DNA of 63,955 nucleotides, filler included, from Reticulomyxa filosa (lineage: Eukaryota; Protista; Foraminifera): assembly GCA_000512085.1 (NCBI GenBank). It is 23 parts of 23 records of this genome, joined end to end, with 100 filler letters (N's around TTAATTAATTAA, not from the genome) between each part and the next. Parts side by side here need not be neighbours in the genome. Positions count along the whole stretch, not along the records: positions 49,013 to 55,185 come from ASPP01020887.1; positions 55,286 to 57,636 come from ASPP01005595.1; positions 57,737 to 58,946 come from ASPP01018201.1; positions 59,047 to 60,470 come from ASPP01004123.1; positions 60,571 to 62,293 come from ASPP01034738.1; positions 62,394 to 63,955 come from ASPP01000090.1; 17 more parts are not named here. One strand, written 5' to 3'. A program made the position numbers and the translations under genes. Below are positions 54,820 through 63,955 of the stretch, in pieces (position 1 is the first letter of the stretch; the number at the start of each line of letters is the position of its first letter). The notes under the pieces were generated by a model. That model had not been told where the DNA came from and did no database searches. It was given only the letters and a program-made list of their open reading frames with translations.

Positions 54820-55185
54820 ATGCCACACATAGTGGCAAGCATCATTGTCTTCTTCTCTTGTTTTATCATTATCGGTATTGTTGAAAGTCGAACATGGTAT
54901 GTGCGAGATTACGGATGTGATTATCCAGGATCTGCTTGTTATACGTGGCAAACAAATAATGCTTTGATCTGTGCAGCTTGGCGTGTTGATACAGCGCCAG
55001 TAGAATGTAGCTGTTGCAATGCAACCCATCCATGTCATCAGCGTTTTAAATCGCAATCTCGTCGTCTTCTGGATGGTAAGTCTTTTTTTTTCACGGTAGT
55101 CTCTTTTGACAACCTCAATAACAAAAGTATACTTTCCCCTTCAACACACAAAAAAAAGCAAGAGAACGTTAAAAAAAGAACCGTT
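54820..55185 (+). CDS. Secreted Cys-rich protein, 5' part
   Basis: Signal peptide MPHIVASIIVFFSCFIIIGIVES; 7 Cys in about 45 aa; RRLL before a GTAAG donor at about 55076. Confidence 0.7.
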
Positions 55186-55347
55186 NNNNNNNNNNNNNNN
55201 NNNNNNNNNNNNNNNNNNNNNNNNNNNNNTTAATTAATTAANNNNNNNNNNNNNNNNNNNNNNNNNNNNNNNNNNNNNNNNNNNNAAAAAAAAAAAAGAT
55301 CACAGAATTGAGTTTCTTTTTTTTTTCCCCCTCCAATCTGAATTAGG

Positions 55348-55880
55348 CTGTGCAAACTCTTCGATCACTACAAGATGGCATTATCAAAATACTTACAAAA
55401 CTTGGAGCAGATAAATCCGTTTCGGATATGATTGCCGCAACGGGAGTGAGTGATACAAACATATTGGAGATTTTGGGGGTTATTGAAAAAAAAACCAGTG
55501 AAATGATCGAGGAGTACTTATCTCTCAGCGCTCAGGACACTCCTCAGCCTAGCTCGGACAAAAATGACAAAGAACAAAGTTCGGCCTCACAATCCACAAA
55601 TCAGACCAAACACGTGGACGTGAAAAAAACCGAATCTTTACTTGACGATACTGAGGCGGAGGCAGCTGCATTGGGAGTAGGATTGGGGCTGGCTGCTTAA
55701 AGCCTTTAGTCACTATTCCCTCGACGATTTTTGACGATTTTAGTGACAACTCCGAAGATGAAGAAGAAGAGTTTTGTTTATTGTACTTTGATATCAAGTT
55801 CTTTTTTGATTGCAATAATCTTGTATTTTCTTGCACTACACAGACCAAGCACTCAAGACCAATCTAAATTGGTTAATTAA
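55348..55880 (+). CDS. Outer dynein arm docking complex DC2 (CCDC114/ODAD1-like), 3' fragment
   Basis: LQDGIIKILTKLGAD...GVSDTNILEILGVIEKKTSEMI and a PST+acidic tail fit the ODA1/CCDC114 C-terminus (recalled pattern). Confidence 0.6.
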
Positions 55881-56625
55881 AAAACTTAAAGCACTCATCA
55901 CTTGAAGTACACACATAACCCTTATGCTGAAAGTGTAATACTTTTTTCAAAGATATTTTTTTGGCATCTTTCTTACCCCGAATAGTTTTCTCTTAACTTT
56001 TTCTGCGTCATAGAAAAATGTTAAACCGAACTTGTAAAATGTTGCAAATTTTAAAAATATGTTAACATGTAATTAAATTAAAAGGTATGAATAGTTAATG
56101 ATTCAAGTTGTACTGCGATTATATTTTGCATTTTTTGAAAATAAAAACTTATTAACAAATAACATGAGTAGCTCAAGCTCATAATTTGCTTTTTTTTGTG
56201 GATTTACTAAACAGGACATTATTTATTTACCTTTTTTATGTCAGAAGACTATACTCAATAACACCAACACTTACAATTTTTTTTCAGCAATAGCTTTTTT
56301 TGGATGTTGTTATTTGTATTGTAAGTACACTTAATTATTTGTATTGAAATTTACTTCAATAGTATGCACATTATTCAATAGTAATGTTGTATTCTTTTTG
56401 TTTAAATTGCATTATGTTGAGTCAGCTTAGGCAAACACTAGTGTACGGAGTTAAGAAAAAAAATTGAAGTTCACCCAAAAAGCGCGAATAACAGGTTGGA
56501 TAAATAAAACAAAAATAATACTAATAAAAACGCAACGTTTAAATATTTTGTGATTTTCGCAGTTTTGCAACAAGCAACGCTTTTTTAAAAACTATTCCAG
56601 ATCTTTAATTAGGTAAGAAAAGTAA

Positions 56626-57636
56626 ATGGACGAGAAAGCAAAAAGTTTGCGAGGTGATGAAGACGAAAAGAAGAGCCTTGACATTGTTCCCTCTAATGGA
56701 AATAAAGTGACTCCCAAACTGAACTTCAATCCGGAAAGTTTGGATTCCTATCGAGGGTCGTCATCTCTGGTGAGTTCGGATGGCTATCGATCAGTACCTC
56801 TGGCGAGTTCGGATGGCTATCGATCAACATCTTTGGTGAGTGCGAATACCAGAAGTGGATTTGGTAAAATTGATTTTGTGGGTGGTGTACAACCAGCACC
56901 TTTCTTGCCGTCGAAAAATGTAACCAACACAAGCAATGAAACGGTTTATGACTTGCCCGCATTTGGCGTCAAAGGCTTACCTGAAAAAGGTTCTAAAAGA
57001 AAGAAAAAAAACATATTCTATTCAGTGTACGTGTAATAACAAAAAAAACACGCACAAAAAATCTTTTAACTTTTTTTTTCGCAATTTTGTGTACGTATGC
57101 ACACGAAAAATATGCAAGCAACATACAAAAAAAAAAACACCAAAACAAAACAAATGTCTTCCTTTTAATTGCAATTTTCTACATGCAGACGAGGCTTGTT
57201 ATTTTGGCAACTTTTCTCTTTCTCAAGTTAGAGAGGGAGAAGTTTGGCCGCAAAAGCGCAAAAAAAAAAGTTTTTTTGATAAGGGGGAAAAACAAAAATA
57301 AATAAAATACAATAATAATAAAAAATAAAAAAAACAGAACTTGAACTTATTGATGTTTGCGGCCAAGATATGGAAATTTGTGGAATGAAACGATGTGACG
57401 TATTTGTACCCTGTGCCTTATTAGAACCACTGGATGATGACATTGGCCTATTAGTACCAGGTTTGATAAGAGAAGAGAAGAAACAAGAAGCAGACGAATT
57501 GTCTCAATCTTTGAAAGTAAACGAGACCTGCTGCGTGGTTTCCAATGGCATTGGTGAATGCGTGGAATTGGTACCTTTGAGTTTGGCTCGTGTGAGTAAT
57601 GATATAAATTTGCAATTGCAATCCAATGGCAGCAAA
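56626..57636 (+). CDS. Hypothetical multi-exon protein with an internal 33-bp repeat
   Basis: ATG 56626; SSDGYRS repeat at about 56749-56850; downstream coding-like exon 57340-57636. Confidence 0.5.
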
Positions 57637-57736
57637 NNNNNNNNNNNNNNNNNNNNNNNNNNNNNNNNNNNNNNNNNNNNTTAATTAATTAANNNNNNNN
57701 NNNNNNNNNNNNNNNNNNNNNNNNNNNNNNNNNNNN

Positions 57737-57981
57737 ATCCCGATTTCACGCTGAACTTCGAGGGTTGGAGCATCGAGGACAGCAACCCGCTGCTCGACTA
57801 TCTCTATGCGCACGTGACGCGGGGCGACTTCACCAGCCGCTTCCAGTGGCGCGACGGCTCGATTGCCTTCTGGGACAACCGTGCCACCTGGCACAGCGCC
57901 CAGAACGACTATCAGGGCGAGCGTCGCCTGATGCACCGCATCACCGTCGCCGGCTGCCCGCTGCAGGCGGCGACGGCTTAG
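57737..57981 (+). CDS. Bacterial TauD/TfdA dioxygenase, C-terminal part
   Basis: LLDYLYAH...RFQWRDGSIAFWDNRATWHSAQNDYQGERRLMHRITVAG*; GC-rich, no introns. Confidence 0.92.
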
Positions 57982-57994
57982 CCGGTCTGGAAGG

Positions 57995-58507
57995 CTACTG
58001 CTTCAGGCGGATCGTCATCGCCGCGACGCCGGTCGCCAGATTGTAGCCGGCATCCTTCACGACGCCCGAGGCCAGCATGCCGATCTCGGCATTCGGACCG
58101 CCATAGATCCAGTTGCCGCCGGCCTGGGTGCCGGCCGCGACCGTGCCCTGCTCGCCGACATAGGTGCCGCCGAGCTGGGTGGCGCCGCGATCCGAGCCCA
58201 GAGAATAGACGCGCCAGATCGTGTGAACGGCCTTGGTGTAGCCGATGTCGATGCCGACCTTGTCGATCGTGCCGGTGTACTGCGCCGTCGAGACGCCGTC
58301 CTTGCCGAGGAACACGCAGTCCAGCGGCTTGGCCGAGCCCAGGATATAGCCGGTGCTGCCGCCGACGTTGCAGGTCAGCGAGCCGATATAGATACGGGAA
58401 TTGGCGTTGGTGGTGTTGAGCTGTTGCGCGCTCGACTGCTGCAGGCTGCAGGCGCCGGTCGAGAGAGCGAGGGCGGCCAGGGCGGCCGTCATGACGACGT
58501 TCTTCAT
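57995..58507 (-). CDS. Bacterial DUF992-family exported/lipoprotein (170 aa)
   Basis: AGGAG RBS before ATG 58507; lipobox-like TGAC; GSLTCNVGGSTGYILGSAKPLDCVF...YTGTIDKVGIDIG. Confidence 0.85.
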   Translation of the reverse strand: MKNVVMTAALAALALSTGACSLQQSSAQQLNTTNANSRIYIGSLTCNVGGSTGYILGSAKPLDCVFLGKDGVSTAQYTGTIDKVGIDIGYTKAVHTIWRVYSLGSDRGATQLGGTYVGEQGTVAAGTQAGGNWIYGGPNAEIGMLASGVVKDAGYNLATGVAAMTIRLKQ

Positions 58508-58572
58508 AGACACTCCTGTTGGGGAGGGCCGCCCGCAGGGGGGCCCGTCCGGGAGACAGCCACTAGCACGAG

Positions 58573-58946
58573 TCAGCCGGTCGCGCCCGTCATCACGGTT
58601 TCCTGGTCCTCGGGGGCGTAGAAGAAATCGCCGGGCCTGAAACCGTGGCCGAGGTCGCCCAGGAGGCGGCGCTGGCGCGGCGTGCAGCGGTCGAGGATCG
58701 CCGTGTAAGGCCCGCTGAAATCGTAGGCCCGCATGAACATCTGGCAGTAGTTGTAGAGCAGGGTCTTGCGCGCCTTGCCGGAATGGTTGGGCGAGGGCCC
58801 GTGCCATAGCGCGTGCGGAAAGACATAGGCATCGCCCGCCTTGCCGAGCAGCGGCACCGCGCCCGGCATGCCGGGATGGGGGATGCGCTCGGCTCTCTCG
58901 GGGAAGGCCCGCAGGTGGCTGGCCGGGGAACACCGTGAAGTTGCCG
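58573..58946 (-). CDS. Bacterial phytanoyl-CoA dioxygenase (PhyH) family protein, C-terminal part
   Basis: GNFTVFPASH...KAGDAYVFPHALWHGPSPNHSGKARKTLLYNY. Confidence 0.88.
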
Positions 58947-59046
58947 NNNNNNNNNNNNNNNNNNNNNNNNNNNNNNNNNNNNNNNNNNNNTTAATTAATT
59001 AANNNNNNNNNNNNNNNNNNNNNNNNNNNNNNNNNNNNNNNNNNNN

Positions 59047-60470
59047 TTGCAAATTGCCATTCCCCAAAGGCCATTGCATCTTTCAATTGTCTCAAACTTG
59101 TTTCAGTTCGAATTTTGTCTGCCTTGTTGACCATAGTAGAGATATTATTCAAGTCCACATCACAACATTTGCTTATCATTTTGACAAATTCTTGGCCTTT
59201 GAGGTGTAATTTCAATATGGCTTTGGCCAAGCTAGTCATATCTTCCAATGGACATTTCCACAATGTGTTTTGCATTGTGGAATTCGCACATCGCAAAGAA
59301 GTAGCCAAACCTTGAATATCATTATCTTTACTTTTGCTCAACACATTCAATGTATTCTCAAAGTGTGCTTCATCATTAAAATTTTGATTTTCCACCAATA
59401 TCTTTAATTTATCTTTACAACGATTCAAGATATCAAAAAGACCAATGTCCACGCAGGGTTTGGCACCTTCACGCACACACTCGATACAAGTATTGTAATA
59501 TTGAAATGTCTGCTCAATCGAAATACTTTATTTTCTTTTGTTACTCCTTCCATTGTGCTAATGCTTTCACATATTTTTGCCATTTCTCATCTTCTTTTAT
59601 TCTATCTTTTTGAGGATGATACTCTTTCATTTGTTCTGTCACTTTCTTCAACTCGATCCAAGACGGGAGCTGCTCTTTTAAATCAATTTCTTTTTTCAAT
59701 TTTTTTTCTACGTCATTTGCAATCTCTTGTCTCTGTTTTTCATTATAATCCGGAAATAGATACTCCATTTCATCTATCAAGCTTTTTTTAATTCCGTCTG
59801 AACTAATGTAAATCCACTCCAAATCTTGATACTTGAGTCCATTTTGGAAACCCTACAGACCCATTCAGATAGCTTATATATATCAATCGAAATGGATTAA
59901 ACAATGAGTGTGCCCTATCCTTTCTTTTCGATAAAAAAAAGTTATTGCAAACCTGCTTAAGATTTTCCCATATATTATTCATATCATCGAATATTTTGTT
60001 AAAAATAAAAAGAGGTATTTGATCTCTGATCGATTTACATTGTGCATTGTAATTTTTCCAAATTTTATTAAACATCAAACTTTTACTTCGTTCCAATGTG
60101 ATTTTCATTTTTTGTTCACACGATTTCAATAGTTGGATTTCATTTTTATATTTCTCTTTCACACTTGCAAATCCTTGAGCTTTCCAACTGTCACTAAGCT
60201 CTTTCAATCGATCTGACAAATCACATTCAAATAAATAATTGCAACGTATACACTCGAACATGCGAAGTAATTCGGAAAATTGTCGATACTCGTTCACGAT
60301 TTTTTCTAAACTTTGTAATGATGGCTCTGAGTTCATTGAGCAACGAGAAGAAATACCTTTAATGTCTTCCCAACGTTGCATCAAATATTCATAAACATGA
60401 ACAGGGAGAAGACTATCCTTTGTGACCAATTGTGCCAACACTTGATTGAAAAATGTGAACAATCGTGGCT
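59047..60470 (-). CDS. Internal fragment of a large helical hypothetical protein (spliced)
   Basis: Three long coding-like ORFs separated by short introns; no recognisable domain. Confidence 0.6.
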
Positions 60471-60570
60471 NNNNNNNNNNNNNNNNNNNNNNNNNNNNNN
60501 NNNNNNNNNNNNNNTTAATTAATTAANNNNNNNNNNNNNNNNNNNNNNNNNNNNNNNNNNNNNNNNNNNN

Positions 60571-62293
60571 TGAGAATAAAGAGAAAAAAGGAGTACAAGT
60601 CCGTATCGCGTTGGATGTATTTAAAAGAAAAAAAATAACTAGTTGAACGAAGAAGTTGAAGACGAGGAAGAAAATATCGTGAAAGTTGCAGGAAATACTC
60701 GTTGATGGCGATAGAGCAAGCGACAAGATCGTGAGAATTGGTCCATGTGAAAATGGCCCAATCGATAGAAGAGTTTGCGAAACTCGCGCCAAGATAACAG
60801 GAAATAAGAGGCGGAAGATGAAGAAAATAAAAATTATGTTAAGTTCGTATCGTGTTAGATTTGTTTTTAAAAAAACCATTCAGCAGCCGGTTTTATTCAA
60901 TTGCGCATTTCCGGACAATAATAATTCCGTCGCCAAACTCGACGATCACGTACGTAGACTATCTTCACATATCGTGCCTCAATGGAAAGTGAAAATGCGG
61001 CAATTTCAAGCAGTAGCAGCTCGAATCACTGGAAAGAACGTTTGCCATCAACATTGGCGTACAAATCTCTGCGGATAATTGTTGGAGAGACACAGCATCA
61101 AAGAGAATGTCGAAATTCAACAAATGAAAGAAGAAAAAAGAGGAAGAAGAGAACGCGGATGCTGTAAGAAAATAGTCAACGTTGCGATCGAGAAAACCAG
61201 AACTGTTCCATGTAATAGTGGTTCAATTCGATGAAAAAGTTTTGCAAAACTCACGACAGAACACCAGCAAGTAAAAATAGAAAGGTGATGAAAATGAGTA
61301 TAAGGAGAATGAAGAGAAGAAAAGGGATACCACCAACTCTGTATCGAGTTAAATTTGTTTGAAAGAAACAAAAGGCAACCAGTAGGTTGACTTAGTTGAA
61401 TTTTGTAATGAAATTGTCCTTTGTATCCAGGAACGCGCAAATTCGCCACTCGCGGGCGTGGACAGACTTCACATATCGCGCGCCAATGAAAAGTACTAAA
61501 GGAGTGTTGCAATGTCTGGAAATGGCAGCACTATTAAGTCTACGAATAACTCTTGGCGTCGAAATGCGATCTACTGGAGTCAATGAACAGGAGAAACTTG
61601 CTCATTATGGAAATGTCCCGAGATTGGTCGCGTGCATGCGCATATCCGCAACTTGCATTTTAATCATTAGTATACTGATGATAGATTGTGAGCTCGCGGG
61701 CGACATTGAACATTACTGGTTGTTGAAGAAAGATATAGAGAGAGCTTGCTGCTTTTGACGCCATCGCTGCAAGATTTGCATGCTGAGCAAGCGTATATTA
61801 TCTTTGACGAACTGCATCCGGGGGTCGACTATGAACTACGGACGACGTATTGAGTAGCAAGAAAAAATAGAGACAACGAATACGTCTAATAGTAAAATAG
61901 AATATGCAAATGTTATACTCTATCATTGCAAATGCTCACATCAATTCGACCAGACCAAATTGTGCTCATCACAACAGCGGCGAGAGCAGGTGGACTCGTA
62001 GTTGGAAAACATCGCCATATCGAGTTGGGACAATTGGCAAGATCAATCACAGACCATCTAGACCTTGATGCCGCCAAATATAAAAGCAAGCTCGCCAAGA
62101 AGAAAAAAAAAAGAAAGTGAAAACAATGTGGACATTATAGTATAGCAACGGCGGCAGTGACTGGACTGCGAAGAAATGGAAGACGATTGAAGAAAATGAC
62201 ATAAACGTTGTTAGAAAATAATCAGCATTGCGATCGAACACAAGACACTCGGCAAGCAAGAAGCTGAATAGTATGAAGATGGATAATTTGTTT
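60571..62293 (+). other. Degraded coding-like or repeat-derived sequence
   Basis: Purine-biased, higher GC than intergenic DNA, all frames broken. Confidence 0.25.
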
Positions 62294-63955
62294 NNNNNNN
62301 NNNNNNNNNNNNNNNNNNNNNNNNNNNNNNNNNNNNNTTAATTAATTAANNNNNNNNNNNNNNNNNNNNNNNNNNNNNNNNNNNNNNNNNNNNGCATTTT
62401 AGGTTTCAACTTTCTTTTTTATCTTACTGTATTATCACAACTTACTTAATAAATTCGATTGTGCTTATTGTCATTGTTTAATTTTACACTTGCACTTCTA
62501 AACATCAACCACACTACTCTAAATAATATTCATGCAATCGATGCACATAAGTATACTAATTTCACTTTTTTCATCAATTAAAGATTTTTATATTTGTTGT
62601 CTAGTAAAGCAAGCATTCTATGACTGTATTATTTTGAAAACAATATTTTTCAATTCAAAAGCGTTTGATCTTGAGCGAATGTTTTCAAAGTTATATATTC
62701 TGTTTGGTGTATAAATATTTCTTTATTTTCAAATAATAACAATAAAAGTATCAGTATACAATAAGTTTTGGATGATTTGATATACTAATCGAATGTTGAT
62801 AAACATTGATACAGTAAGTATTGTAACAGTAAGAGAATTTGCAGAAAGATTTTCAATTGATTATCTTAAAACACTTAATTCTGAATTAACAATTATTTTG
62901 TGAATAAGTTTGTTCATATTGTATTTGCAAAGACCAAATGAGTTGTTTTTGAATCTGAAATTGTAATTTAATGTTTGAAATTGTTTGACTGATAAATTGT
63001 TTTGCTTTTTCATTTTTGTATAATTTTTTAAAAATATTTTAAGGGGTGTTCTTTGAGTGTAAAAATTAAATATACGGAATTTGATATCCCAAATGTCCAC
63101 ATGACTTTTCATTTTTATATCATGCGGATAGTGCTTAAGACATCTAAGTGATAGCGCTTAAAGAATTATTATATTCTTTGTAGTGATATCATAAAAAATT
63201 AATGGCTGTGGGGGAAAGAGCATCGGATGGATTTTCTGCACTTGTGAAGATTAATTTTCCCCCCTATTTATTTCTTTAAAAATGTATTGTTTTACTTAGA
63301 TAAATTTTCAGGCTAACAAAAATTAAGCTTATGAAATAAGCACTAGAAAAAGGTACTAAATTGAATATTTACCATTTGTGGACACTTTGTCTCTATAACA
63401 ATTGTGCAGCTATTTGTCAATATAGAGCAATTGAAAATGATAAATGAGTATGGAATTATAAACATCGCAAGACAGACTGAAAATAATGCTTAAAGTGTTG
63501 ATTGTCATCTATGATACTGAGTATTGTGCATAACACCTGTTTGTTGCACATGTTGTTATGTAGTACTGTCATTGTTGTAGATACTTCAATCTCATTCAAT
63601 TATAAGGTCAAATGAAAACAAGATTTCTTCCTTTCGTGCAATTTGATGGCCTAGCAAATATCATTCAACTTCAAAAAAAAAGGAGACATTATCGAAACTG
63701 TTGAAAACGAACTTTCATTGCACACAATCGAATAGTATGTGTTTGGAGTGAATGATTTTATTAGCTTCAAAAATTGAGTATTTTTTGAATTTTTTGTGTT
63801 GAATATGAAGCATTCTACAAGGGCAACACTTGCGCGAACTGCTTGATGAAAATCGTGTCTATTCTTTGGGTATCTGATGACTGGCTTGTGATTTCAATTT
63901 GAGAGTTGACTTAACACTGTTTTCCCAAATTATTGACAATATCATTTACTTTTTT

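Noticed and set aside
57995-58933. 312-aa ORF as a single protein
   Set aside because: The N-terminal part is an off-frame read of the PhyH gene; the real DUF992 start with an RBS is at 58507.
59047-60470. RNF213-like giant ATPase assignment
   Set aside because: Only a vague impression; no Walker or RING motif in the fragment.
62394-63955. Possible TPR-gene relic
   Set aside because: No sustained frame or convincing motif; treated as AT-rich noncoding or decayed DNA.

Overview
This window is not a continuous locus. It is about 23 short contigs (roughly 1.2-8.9 kb) joined by artificial 100-nt spacers (N-run + TTAATTAATTAA + N-run), so adjacency across spacers has no biological meaning. Nearly all contigs are AT-rich, intron-containing eukaryotic DNA. 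The poly-A/T introns, expanded WD40/Kelch families and divergent tubulin look like a foraminiferan such as Reticulomyxa (inference). Recognisable genes: histone H3 pseudogene, secreted double-vWA mucin, BolA, GPI8/PIG-K, FEX fluoride exporter, a 4-domain voltage-gated channel fragment, WD40 and Kelch propeller proteins plus relics, a SURP protein, an SSSCA1-like protein, a very divergent alpha-tubulin, a MABP-DENN protein, CDC27, an ShKT protein, an atypical TxH MAP kinase and an ODA-DC2-like fragment. One GC-rich contig (57737-58946) is bacterial. Most interesting: (1) an intron-bearing, bacterial-type MerB (organomercurial lyase)-like gene whose N-terminus has a perfect PTS2 peroxisomal signal; (2) a ~35-aa 'WIR...GW..DFD' exon-encoded box shared by WD40 (N-terminal) and Kelch (C-terminal) proteins; (3) an alpha-tubulin lacking the catalytic Glu254; (4) a TG...CA solo-LTR-like family, one copy abutting the PIG-K start codon; (5) a double-hairpin tandem repeat family. 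Gene models were read by eye and exon boundaries are approximate unless stated.
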